This document shows, one piece after another, positions 28,482 through 37,132 of a DNA stretch of 64,000 nucleotides. Each line of letters opens with the position of its first letter. The stretch's first letter is position 1. The notes beneath the pieces are model-generated. The model had not been told where the DNA came from, made no database searches, and was given only the letters and a program-made list of their open reading frames with translations. Both the position numbers and the translations under genes were made by a program. This stretch comes from Pseudobdellovibrionaceae bacterium (GTDB lineage Bacteria > Bdellovibrionota > Bdellovibrionia > Bdellovibrionales > Bdellovibrionaceae), in the NCBI GenBank assembly GCA_013359135.1, contig JABWCN010000002.1, positions 50,253 through 114,252 of the forward strand. Direction: 5' to 3'.

Positions 28482-28925
28482 ATGAGTATTAAAAAAAGGG
28501 TGATGGATTATCTCGCAAAGCGAGATCACTCTGAAAAAGAATTAAAATTAAAACTTTCGCGTTTACGTTCATGGGAGAATAAAAAACAGCCACTTTATTC
28601 TAAAGAAGAGATTGAGGCTGTTTTATTGTGGGCCAAGACGAACAAGTGGCTAGTTGCAGAAACAGCCCTTGCCGAAAGATGGTCTCAAGCCTTGGATCGC
28701 AAGAAAAAAGGAATCCATTTTATTAATGCCTATTTAAATCAAAAAGGCTTACCTCCAGTAAAAAAAAATGAAGATGTTGAATTAGAAAAAGCTATTGAAT
28801 TATTGAAAAGAAAAATAGGCCAGCGCTCAGTTGATTTATCTCTAAAAATAAAGCTTAAAAGATTTCTGCTATCTAGAGGTTTTGATTCTAACACCATTAA
28901 AAAGGCAGTCTCCACTTTAACGTAA
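28482..28925 (+). CDS. recX: RecX family regulatory protein
   Basis: 147 aa with YLAKRDHSEKELKLKL and repeated three-helix pattern. It sits beside uvrD. Confidence 0.6.
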   Translation: MSIKKRVMDYLAKRDHSEKELKLKLSRLRSWENKKQPLYSKEEIEAVLLWAKTNKWLVAETALAERWSQALDRKKKGIHFINAYLNQKGLPPVKKNEDVELEKAIELLKRKIGQRSVDLSLKIKLKRFLLSRGFDSNTIKKAVSTLT

Positions 28926-29354
28926 TTTTTTAAAAAGTAACTCCTTGTATCCAGTAGAGGAATCAAATTCCCTAAGAAAATGTATCTCAGGAAAAACAGC
29001 AATCACGAGTTCAATGGTGGTAAAAACCAAGTTACCTTGGCAGAGATGACCACCAAAAACCTGAGCTTCTTTATTAGCTACCATAGCGTGAACATGTATA
29101 CCTTGGTTAGAAATTAGCCCAGACAAAGACAGTACTTCGTGAGGAGTTTTTTGCTCATAAAAGGAGTTACTATTGGCTTTACGGAGGTTAACCTGGCTTA
29201 AACTCCCAACACTGCTAATAATACCGCCTGAGGTAATATTTTGAGCTGTGCAAAATTTTTCTAGGTTAGTTCTTAAATCATCATTAGGTGATAGTTTTAA
29301 AAAGTAAAAATCAGCCAATTGTGTATAAAAATAATTTTTGTTGTTTTCATCCAT
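28917..29354 (-). CDS. PPC/DUF296 domain protein
   Basis: 145 aa. VLSLSGLISNQGIHVHAMVANKEAQVFGGHLCQGNLVFTTIELVIAV matches the PPC (DUF296) core. Confidence 0.6.
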   Translation of the reverse strand: MDENNKNYFYTQLADFYFLKLSPNDDLRTNLEKFCTAQNITSGGIISSVGSLSQVNLRKANSNSFYEQKTPHEVLSLSGLISNQGIHVHAMVANKEAQVFGGHLCQGNLVFTTIELVIAVFPEIHFLREFDSSTGYKELLFKKLR

Positions 29355-29385
29355 TTTTAAGAAATTCCTTTTTTATTTTTTATGT

Positions 29386-30006
29386 TTAGCGAGAGAAAAT
29401 ATTAATACTAATTAAGTTTCCTTCTCTGTAGGTCATTTTAGAACCAGCTTTTGCTTTGCATGACATAGCATTGGCCTTAGGTAGGATGAAATTAGAAAGT
29501 TGTTCAATCATGCATGTAAAAGGAGCAATTAATGGGCTTATCTTATCAGAAGAGGTTAGGCTAATAGGTTCAAGTTGAAATTTGCTTTTTGGATAACTGT
29601 CAAAATCAGAGATAAATCCTTTGTAGTTTGAAATAAAATATTTAAGGGTTTTAATGTTGTTCGAGTTCCAACGTTCATTAAAGTAAAATACCATACGGTT
29701 AGAGTTTTCTGGAGCCAAACTTTGGAATTCTTTTTGATCATTTTCATTCATCAGCTGATAACCGACTTTTTGTTGTTGAATTTCAAGTGAGGTTTTATAA
29801 GTCGATGAAGCTTCGTTGTTATTATTGAGATCGCTAATGATGATGGAAATATCTTTTTTTTCTAAATTTTGAACATCCATTGGTTCATTTTCCAAATAAA
29901 AATCAACGGCTAAAATGTAGTCGTTGATAGTGGATGATTTGTCTATGCCCTCTTTCGGGCAACAGCTGACTAATAATAAAACAGCTAGAATGGCTAAAAT
30001 TCTCAT
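29386..30006 (-). CDS. lipoprotein, hypothetical
   Basis: Signal peptide plus LLVSCC lipobox. I recognise no domain. Confidence 0.45.
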   Translation of the reverse strand: MRILAILAVLLLVSCCPKEGIDKSSTINDYILAVDFYLENEPMDVQNLEKKDISIIISDLNNNNEASSTYKTSLEIQQQKVGYQLMNENDQKEFQSLAPENSNRMVFYFNERWNSNNIKTLKYFISNYKGFISDFDSYPKSKFQLEPISLTSSDKISPLIAPFTCMIEQLSNFILPKANAMSCKAKAGSKMTYREGNLISINIFSR

Positions 30007-30104
30007 TTAAGCACCTCTTGTTCTCTCAGTGGAATTTAAAAGCAAAATTGGTTCCTCATATATAGGTTTACAATGGCAAAAATGAGAACTAGCATAGAGG
30101 ACGT

Positions 30105-30983
30105 ATGAATCAAATTCCTTTACTTGGTTTTTCTGATCCTATTAGTAGCTGGTCTCATCTTTTAACGGCATTGAGTTGTTTTTTTGGTGGTTTTTTACTA
30201 TTGAAGCGTGGACAAGGAAATACCTGGAGGCAAGTAGCTATTTCAGTTTATATTTTTTCTTTGATTTTTTTGTTTAGTATGAGTGGAGTTTTTCATCTTT
30301 TGCCGAAGGACAGCATTTCTCGAGGCGTTTTACAAAGATTGGATTATGCAGGAATTTGGTTACTTATTGCTGGGACTTTCACTCCTATTCATGTCATATT
30401 ATTTAGAGGACCATTACGCTGGTTAGTATTATTGTTTATATGGACAGTGACACTTACAGGGTTAATTTTACAAGTGATTTTTTTCAGGGATTTTCCAGAA
30501 TGGTTAGCGCTCAGTTTTTTTCTTGGTTTAGGCTGGATTGGTATACTAAGTTATCAATCGTTTAAAAATAATTATCTTAAACATAGTCCCAAATTAATAG
30601 CATTGGGTGGACTTAGTTATTCAATTGGAGCTATTTTTGATTTTATTAGATGGCCTATTCTTTGGTATCAGTATTTTGGTCCCCACGAGATATTTCATCT
30701 TTTTGTTTCATTGGGTGCATTTATTCATTGGCGCTTTATCTATCAATGGTGTAATCATCCGATTTCTGATGATTTTTTGTGTGATGTAAAAATATATTCG
30801 AATCAGGAGTATAAACTCAGTGGAGTTAACGATCAATTAGAGCTAAGTTCCTTCTCATTAGAAGAAGTTAAACAAAAAGCTCTACAGGAAATTGATCGTC
30901 GTTATCACCATAAATACAAATATAATGTGTACTTCCGCTATTTTCATGAAGACAAAGTGTCTTCAAATAAATCCCATATTTAG
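30105..30983 (+). CDS. hemolysin III / PAQR family channel protein with a C-terminal extension
   Basis: Seven transmembrane segments. HlyIII motifs DYAGIWLLIAGTFTP and HEIFHLFVSLGAFIHW. Confidence 0.75.
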   Translation: MNQIPLLGFSDPISSWSHLLTALSCFFGGFLLLKRGQGNTWRQVAISVYIFSLIFLFSMSGVFHLLPKDSISRGVLQRLDYAGIWLLIAGTFTPIHVILFRGPLRWLVLLFIWTVTLTGLILQVIFFRDFPEWLALSFFLGLGWIGILSYQSFKNNYLKHSPKLIALGGLSYSIGAIFDFIRWPILWYQYFGPHEIFHLFVSLGAFIHWRFIYQWCNHPISDDFLCDVKIYSNQEYKLSGVNDQLELSSFSLEEVKQKALQEIDRRYHHKYKYNVYFRYFHEDKVSSNKSHI

Positions 30984-30992
30984 GATCTTGTT

Positions 30993-33008
30993 TTATAAAC
31001 TAGGTTCATGGTTTTTCTTTAGCATATCTGCAAGTAATACACTTACTAAACCTTGACTGTCCTGGTTTGCTGATGAAACTTGTATATCTGGAGTTATTTT
31101 CAGTCCTGCGCTGGCAATTGCTTTCACAACTTCTACCGTAGTAACCCCCTGAGCTGTAAGTGCTTCGACTTGATCTCGATAGGCTTTTGCTTGAGCCTCT
31201 CCTTTGGCCTGAACTACTGAAGCTTCAGAGTCTCCAAGCTGCTTGATCTTCAGAGCCTCTGCTTCAGCGCTCATGCGGACTCTAGAGGCATCACCGCGTG
31301 CTCTTTCTTCCATTTGACGAGCTTCATGTTGGGCTACCTTGATCCCAGCTTCTGCAGTGATAATTTGTACCTGTACATCAGCTTCCGCTTTAGTTTTTTC
31401 GAATTCTATTCTTCTTTGCTCGGCATCTTTTTTTGAGTCGTACATCGATTTTTCTTGTTCTGCCAAGTTCTTCTGCTGAGTCGTTTTCATTAAAGCTTCT
31501 GGCAGATGAATATTGGTGATCATTACTGAAACAACTTCAACTCTGTATTTTGTCAGGTCATTCCTGACAGCATCCTCGGCCGCTTTTTGTTCTTCAGCAC
31601 GATTTTGCTGATAGGAAATAGCAGGTGATTTTGCGACTTGGGCTCTAAAAATTCCATCGATTTGAGGGTGAATCACATTGGTTTCTAGATCTTGAATTGA
31701 ACCTAATTTTTGTACAACATAGGGGGCATTTTCTGGCAGGATTCGATATTGACAACGAACTTCTACCTGCATTTGAAAACCATCGTAAGAAACCACTTGG
31801 AAAGGGTCAAATGTACCTTGATTGGTTTTTCCTTTTTCAGCACTCCAGTCAACTGAACGAGTCGTTGTTGGTATAATGATAACTGAGTAGGCTAAGAGAT
31901 TTATATTATAGCAACCTGGCCCAAGGACTTCTTTTTGAATTCCTCGGAAACCTTTTGGTACTACATGACGAGTTTTATTTTTATCATCAACGCTAATGGT
32001 TTCATTAATGTACTCTTCGGGGTCTTTACCAATGTTAGAAATTAAAACGGCTACTTCACCTTGCTGAATCAGAGTTTGTTTACGTTTTGAAATAGAAAAC
32101 AGGTAGGGATTTATGTAGTATGTTCCAGGAGTAAGGATGCTCTCTTGAGGACCTCGCTTACCACCATTATCTAGAAATTTTTGGCCGTCCTGAAAGCTGT
32201 TGTGACCTTCAGGTGTGTGAACTACAACTTCGTTGCGATTCATAGGTAAGCCATCCCTTGCTTCAACAATTCCAACTTCATTTTCCATAATTTTCGTGGC
32301 TTCTTTGATTTCTACTTTAAATATTTCTGTATTAATATTATAAGTTCCAGTTCTTAGAAAATCAATTTGAGGCCCTTTTTGACCGCCATTTTTAAGAAAA
32401 AATTCTGCTTTTTGAAAATTATCATGATCTACTACAGAACGAGCCAACAGCTGACCTTGCTCAAGAGCTGCGCCGTCAGCAGCTGTGACGACCCCTATGA
32501 AACCTTCCGGCACAACAGTTTTTTTAATTTTAGTTATAATAAATAAGTCAGGGTGAACTTTAAAAAAACCATTAGTCAAAAAGCGTAATTGTTTTCCACG
32601 AATACCACCTTTTTCAAGAAAGGCTACGGGGTCTTGAAAATTATTATGGACATCACCAGCCGGATCATCGGCAAAAATCCTGCCAGGAGGTAATGGGACT
32701 CCATCAGTAGCCTCTACTATTCCCAGTTCATCAGCGGCAATATTTAGAAATTTATACTTTGCTACTACGGTAACAAAGGGCCAAAGAATAAAATGTAAAC
32801 CTGGCGATAAGTATTGAGCTTTCATCCCAACTTCATCATTGATGGCAAAAGCTCTACCTGGAGCTAATTCCTTTCCTAAAAACTTTCTTTCAATTATTGC
32901 TATCTCTTCAGCACCCACATTTATTAGAAACTTAGAGATAAGAAGTACTAACAATAAGATGGGGATTAAAATAAGAATAAGCATACTAGGTTGTAAAAGA
33001 AATTCCAC
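30993..33008 (-). CDS. flotillin / SPFH (band 7) family protein with four N-terminal internal repeats
   Basis: 671 aa with an N-terminal transmembrane segment and an SPFH core. The C-terminal flotillin region is Ala/Glu/Gln-rich (AEAEALKIKQLG..., AKGEAQAKAYRDQVEA). Four repeats of the form F(L/Q)xxGGxRGxQ...L(T/R)xG(T/F)(Y/F)xIN precede the SPFH core. Confidence 0.8.
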   Translation of the reverse strand: MEFLLQPSMLILILIPILLLVLLISKFLINVGAEEIAIIERKFLGKELAPGRAFAINDEVGMKAQYLSPGLHFILWPFVTVVAKYKFLNIAADELGIVEATDGVPLPPGRIFADDPAGDVHNNFQDPVAFLEKGGIRGKQLRFLTNGFFKVHPDLFIITKIKKTVVPEGFIGVVTAADGAALEQGQLLARSVVDHDNFQKAEFFLKNGGQKGPQIDFLRTGTYNINTEIFKVEIKEATKIMENEVGIVEARDGLPMNRNEVVVHTPEGHNSFQDGQKFLDNGGKRGPQESILTPGTYYINPYLFSISKRKQTLIQQGEVAVLISNIGKDPEEYINETISVDDKNKTRHVVPKGFRGIQKEVLGPGCYNINLLAYSVIIIPTTTRSVDWSAEKGKTNQGTFDPFQVVSYDGFQMQVEVRCQYRILPENAPYVVQKLGSIQDLETNVIHPQIDGIFRAQVAKSPAISYQQNRAEEQKAAEDAVRNDLTKYRVEVVSVMITNIHLPEALMKTTQQKNLAEQEKSMYDSKKDAEQRRIEFEKTKAEADVQVQIITAEAGIKVAQHEARQMEERARGDASRVRMSAEAEALKIKQLGDSEASVVQAKGEAQAKAYRDQVEALTAQGVTTVEVVKAIASAGLKITPDIQVSSANQDSQGLVSVLLADMLKKNHEPSL

Positions 33009-33128
33009 GTAATTTTCTCCTCTATCATTTTACTGAATTCTAGTTTATTGTGCTCAAACAAATTTTAGTTCACAATGTCATATTTTTGACTGGGCGATGG
33101 ATTGAAGACGAAAAACTAGGTTAAGAAA

Positions 33129-33154
33129 GTCAATCTCACTTCGATGAGATTGAC
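33129..33154. other. perfect 10-bp inverted repeat (GTCAATCTCA-N6-TGAGATTGAC) in the alaS/flotillin divergent intergenic region
   Basis: Read directly from the sequence. It is about 95 bp upstream of the alaS start. No U-tract follows it on the alaS strand. Confidence 0.5.
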
Positions 33155-33245
33155 TCAAATCAGTTACTGTTTAATACACAAATTGTTGCATATTTATTCT
33201 TTGACTGAAATTAGTCCTCAGATATAAAACAGTAGAAATAAGGAA

Positions 33246-35981
33246 ATGAAGACAATGAAAAATTCAAATAATTCAGGCCAAAATATGTCAAGTAAAGAAG
33301 TTAGAAATTCATTTATTAATTATTTTAAGAAACAAGGTCATACTCATGTTGCAAGTTCCTCATTGATCCCTGAAAACGATAACACATTGTTGTTTGCAAA
33401 TGCTGGAATGAACCAGTTTAAAAATTTATTTTTAGGATTAGAAAATAGAGACTATAAAAGAGCGGTGACTTCACAAAAATGTGTCAGGGCCGGTGGAAAA
33501 CATAATGACTTGGAAAATGTTGGTTTCACAGCTAGACATCATACTTTTTTTGAAATGTTAGGTAATTTTTCTTTTGGAGACTACTTTAAAAAAGAGGCTA
33601 TTCATTTTGCCTGGGAATACCTGACCAAAGATTTAGGTTTAGATAAAAATAAATTGTATGTAACTGTCTTTCAAAACGATGATGAGGCTGCCGATATTTG
33701 GCATCAGCAAGAAGGAATTCCCAAAGAAAGAATTTTTAGATTTGGTGAAAAAGATAATTTTTGGAGAATGGGTGATACAGGTCCGTGTGGGCCTTGTTCA
33801 GAGATTTTTTATGATCGTGGCGAAGAGTATGGTAAAGTTAAAGATCCTTTTAAGTCTATAGAAAGTGGAGAAGATCGTATCATAGAAATTTGGAACTTAG
33901 TTTTCATGCAATTCTTTGAAAAAGCTCCAGGTGTTATGGAACCATTACCTAAGCCTTCTGTTGATACTGGATCTGGCCTTGAGCGTGTAGTTTCCGTGGT
34001 TCAAAATAAATTAAATAACTATGACACCGATGTTTTTAGACCGATGATTGAAAGAGCATGCAAGGTAGGTTCTTTTGATTACATAAATGATTTGAAAATT
34101 TTAGCAAGCAATAAAGAACAAAGTGAAAAGACTGCAGCGATGAGAGTACTTGCCGATCATTGTCGTTCTGCTGGCTTTTTAATTGCTGATGGAGCTTTGC
34201 CATCCAATGAAGGACGTGGATATGTTTTAAGGCGGATCATGAGGCGAGCAATTCGTTATGGAAGAAAGTTGTCAGATAAATCATTGCTTTACCCTATGGT
34301 TGACGAACTTATTCTTTCTATGTCTGATGTTTATCCTGAGTTAGCCCAAAGAAAAGAACACATTTTATCAACAGTCAGAGATGAGGAAACAAGATTTTTA
34401 CAAACTCTAGATACTGGGTCTGATATTTTAGAAGGTGAAATTCAAAATTTATTAAAACAAGGTAAAAAGAAGCTGTCTGGTGAGGTTTTATTTAAACTCT
34501 ATGATACCTATGGATTTCCTGTGGATTTGAGTCGTTTGATTGCTGAAGAAAAAGGGGTACAAGCAGATGAAACTGATTTTGAAAAACTTCTAGAGCAGGC
34601 AAAGATTAAAGCTAAAGCTTCATGGAAGGGAAGGTCGATGGATACAGACCAAGCTCATCTAATTTCTTTAGCTTCGGAATTTTCACAAAAGCATCAACAA
34701 ACTCAATTTCAAGGGTATATTTCCTTAGATGCAACAGCAAGAGTTATTGGCTTGTCTAATGGTCATTCAAAAGTCGATTCTTTAACAGAAGGTCAGACGG
34801 GATATCTCATTTTAGATAAAACCTCTTTTTATGCAGAAGGAGGAGGGCAGGCGGGAGATAAGGGGCTAATTATTTCTGCAGAATCACAAACTCAGCTTAG
34901 AGTTACGAATACAACTAAAGTTAATGATGTCTTTTTACATGCTATTGAGGTTGTAAAAGGAAAATTGAAAGTAGATGAGAAAATAAATACAAAAGTTGAT
35001 GTTAAAGTTCGTCGCCAAACAGCAGCACATCACTCGGCAACACATTTGCTTCATGCTGCTTTGAGAAAGACATTGGGAACGCAAGTGACACAAGCTGGTT
35101 CTTTAGTTGATGAGCAAAAGCTACGTTTTGATTTTACATACAATAAGCCACTTACTCCAGAAGAGATTGAAAAAATTGAAGCTTTAGTGAATGAAGAAAT
35201 TTCATTGGCCTCTCCAGTAAGTACTCATTTAATGACACCATCTCAAGCTCAGGATTTTGGAGCACTGGCATTATTTGGGGAGAAGTATGGTGATCAAGTG
35301 CGAGTTTTAAAAATGGGTGATTTTTCTTGTGAGCTGTGTGGTGGTACACATGTTAATAATACTTCTGAAGTTCGTGTTTTTAAAGTGGTTTCAGAATCTG
35401 GGGTTAGCAGTGGAGTTCGCAGAATAGAAGCTTTAGCAGGGGATTTAGGTTTAAGTTATTTGTTTAAAAATTTGCTTGAGAATCAAAAAGCAAAAGCTGA
35501 AGCGCAAATTCATGAAGGTTGGGAAAGTTTTTTAGAAAGAGAAAAACTAGAACTTCCTGTCTGGATTGAAAGTAAAAAGAATGAAATTAAACTCTTAGAA
35601 AAACAAATCAAAAAAATGAAGTTGGATCAGGTAGATTTAGAGAAAGTAGTAGAACAAAAGTTTGCAGCTAATAGCAGTCATCAATTTGTTGTGTTTCAAG
35701 TTGCCTCAAGTGAAAGAGATTCACTATCAGAAATTGCGGACAGAGTAAAAAATAAAATTCAGTCAGGCATAGTTATTCTTTTAGGAGAAGCAGAGGAGTC
35801 AACACCACTAATAGTTTCTTTAAGCAAGGATGTTTCAGCAAAATTAAAAGCCGGAGATATTGTGAAGAGTTTGACTCAAAAGTTTGGTGGAAAAGGCGGG
35901 GGAAGGCCAGATTTTGCTCAAGGTTCTTTAACTTCAGCCTCACTAGTTGATGTGAAAAACTATTGCCAAAATAATTTTTAA
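33246..35981 (+). CDS. alaS: alanine--tRNA ligase
   Basis: 911 aa with class II aaRS motifs, editing domain HxxxH/CxxxH (HSATHLLHAAL...CGGTHV) and a C-terminal DHHA1 region. The likely start is the second ATG, at 33255 (SD spacing). Confidence 0.95.
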   Translation: MKTMKNSNNSGQNMSSKEVRNSFINYFKKQGHTHVASSSLIPENDNTLLFANAGMNQFKNLFLGLENRDYKRAVTSQKCVRAGGKHNDLENVGFTARHHTFFEMLGNFSFGDYFKKEAIHFAWEYLTKDLGLDKNKLYVTVFQNDDEAADIWHQQEGIPKERIFRFGEKDNFWRMGDTGPCGPCSEIFYDRGEEYGKVKDPFKSIESGEDRIIEIWNLVFMQFFEKAPGVMEPLPKPSVDTGSGLERVVSVVQNKLNNYDTDVFRPMIERACKVGSFDYINDLKILASNKEQSEKTAAMRVLADHCRSAGFLIADGALPSNEGRGYVLRRIMRRAIRYGRKLSDKSLLYPMVDELILSMSDVYPELAQRKEHILSTVRDEETRFLQTLDTGSDILEGEIQNLLKQGKKKLSGEVLFKLYDTYGFPVDLSRLIAEEKGVQADETDFEKLLEQAKIKAKASWKGRSMDTDQAHLISLASEFSQKHQQTQFQGYISLDATARVIGLSNGHSKVDSLTEGQTGYLILDKTSFYAEGGGQAGDKGLIISAESQTQLRVTNTTKVNDVFLHAIEVVKGKLKVDEKINTKVDVKVRRQTAAHHSATHLLHAALRKTLGTQVTQAGSLVDEQKLRFDFTYNKPLTPEEIEKIEALVNEEISLASPVSTHLMTPSQAQDFGALALFGEKYGDQVRVLKMGDFSCELCGGTHVNNTSEVRVFKVVSESGVSSGVRRIEALAGDLGLSYLFKNLLENQKAKAEAQIHEGWESFLEREKLELPVWIESKKNEIKLLEKQIKKMKLDQVDLEKVVEQKFAANSSHQFVVFQVASSERDSLSEIADRVKNKIQSGIVILLGEAEESTPLIVSLSKDVSAKLKAGDIVKSLTQKFGGKGGGRPDFAQGSLTSASLVDVKNYCQNNF

Positions 35982-36006
35982 GTAATTTGGCAACGCGACT
36001 ATTTTT

Positions 36007-37041
36007 TTAGATAAAAATTCCTAAAGACTGAGCCTTTTGAACCCATTCGTGTTCAGGAGGTACTAATCTTGGAGCTTGCATAAGATTGCTAATTGGAGCT
36101 GTTTGTATTTGTCCATTTCGATAGACAACTGCCTTATTCCAATTTTCTGCCAACACTAATTTAGCGGCTTCGACTCCCATGTTGAGAGTTAAAAAGCGAT
36201 CAGTGGTTGTTGGGGCATGTGATCTTTGTAGGTGTCCAAGAATTACATGACGAGCTTCCCAATTTAATTCTTTTTCCAGCCAGCGAGCCATTAATTCTGA
36301 AACACCACCAAAGCGTTCTTTTTCCGGTGAGTTTGAAACTTGAAACGCAACAGTGGGTTGTTCACCGATGGCAACAGATCCTTCTGAAATTGCAATCATA
36401 AATCCTCTTTGAAGATGCTGTTTGTGTTTTATAAAACTAAGCAAAGCTTCTTTGTTGAAAGGTCTTTCTGGTATCAGGATAGCATCAGCATAACTTGCAA
36501 GTCCTCCACCTAAGGCCATCCAACCAGCAGTTCTACCCATGGTTTCGACGATAATAATTCGGCGATGTGCTTGAGCTGTATATCGAAGAGAATCAATGGC
36601 ATCACTCACAACGGAACAAGCTGTATCAAAACCAAAAGTAAGTTCCGTTCCAGACAGGTCATTGTCTATAGTCTTAGGAACTCCAATAATAGGTATTTTT
36701 TGCTCAAATGGTCTTAGAGCTTGAAATGTACCATCACCACCAGCAACGATAAGACCATCTAAATTTAGATTTTCAAAACACTTCAAAAATTTTTCTTCGT
36801 AGCCTTTAGTCGAAGATTTATTTGAAGTTCCTAATAATGTCCCAGATTCAGAATGGATACCAAGAACTTTATCTAAAGTGAGTTGAATAAGGTCTTGATT
36901 AAAAATACCTTCAAAACCATCCTTAATCCCATAAACTAAAAAATTATTTTGGATTAGTGTACGAGTACAGGACTCGATAATTCCATTAAGTCCGGGGGCA
37001 TCTCCCCCTCCAGTAAGAAGTCCTATAGATTTTTTTTTCAT
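36007..37041 (-). CDS. pfk: 6-phosphofructokinase
   Basis: IGLLTGGGDAPGLNG, GGDGT and MGR motifs. I cannot tell ATP- versus PPi-dependence from the sequence. Confidence 0.9.
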   Translation of the reverse strand: MKKKSIGLLTGGGDAPGLNGIIESCTRTLIQNNFLVYGIKDGFEGIFNQDLIQLTLDKVLGIHSESGTLLGTSNKSSTKGYEEKFLKCFENLNLDGLIVAGGDGTFQALRPFEQKIPIIGVPKTIDNDLSGTELTFGFDTACSVVSDAIDSLRYTAQAHRRIIIVETMGRTAGWMALGGGLASYADAILIPERPFNKEALLSFIKHKQHLQRGFMIAISEGSVAIGEQPTVAFQVSNSPEKERFGGVSELMARWLEKELNWEARHVILGHLQRSHAPTTTDRFLTLNMGVEAAKLVLAENWNKAVVYRNGQIQTAPISNLMQAPRLVPPEHEWVQKAQSLGIFI

Positions 37042-37132
37042 TTTAATCCTTAATCGCTAGGTCATCACGTCCTAGGGCTTGGGTTAATTTTATAAATTGG
37101 TTAATCTATAAATAATAACTAAAATTATTATT

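Noticed and set aside
35963-36009. Possible alaS terminator (TTGCCAAA...TTTGGCAA followed by T7)
   Set aside because: An 8-bp AT-rich stem with a 15-nt loop contains the stop codon, and the T-run is 8 nt away from the stem. This is too weak to call an intrinsic terminator.
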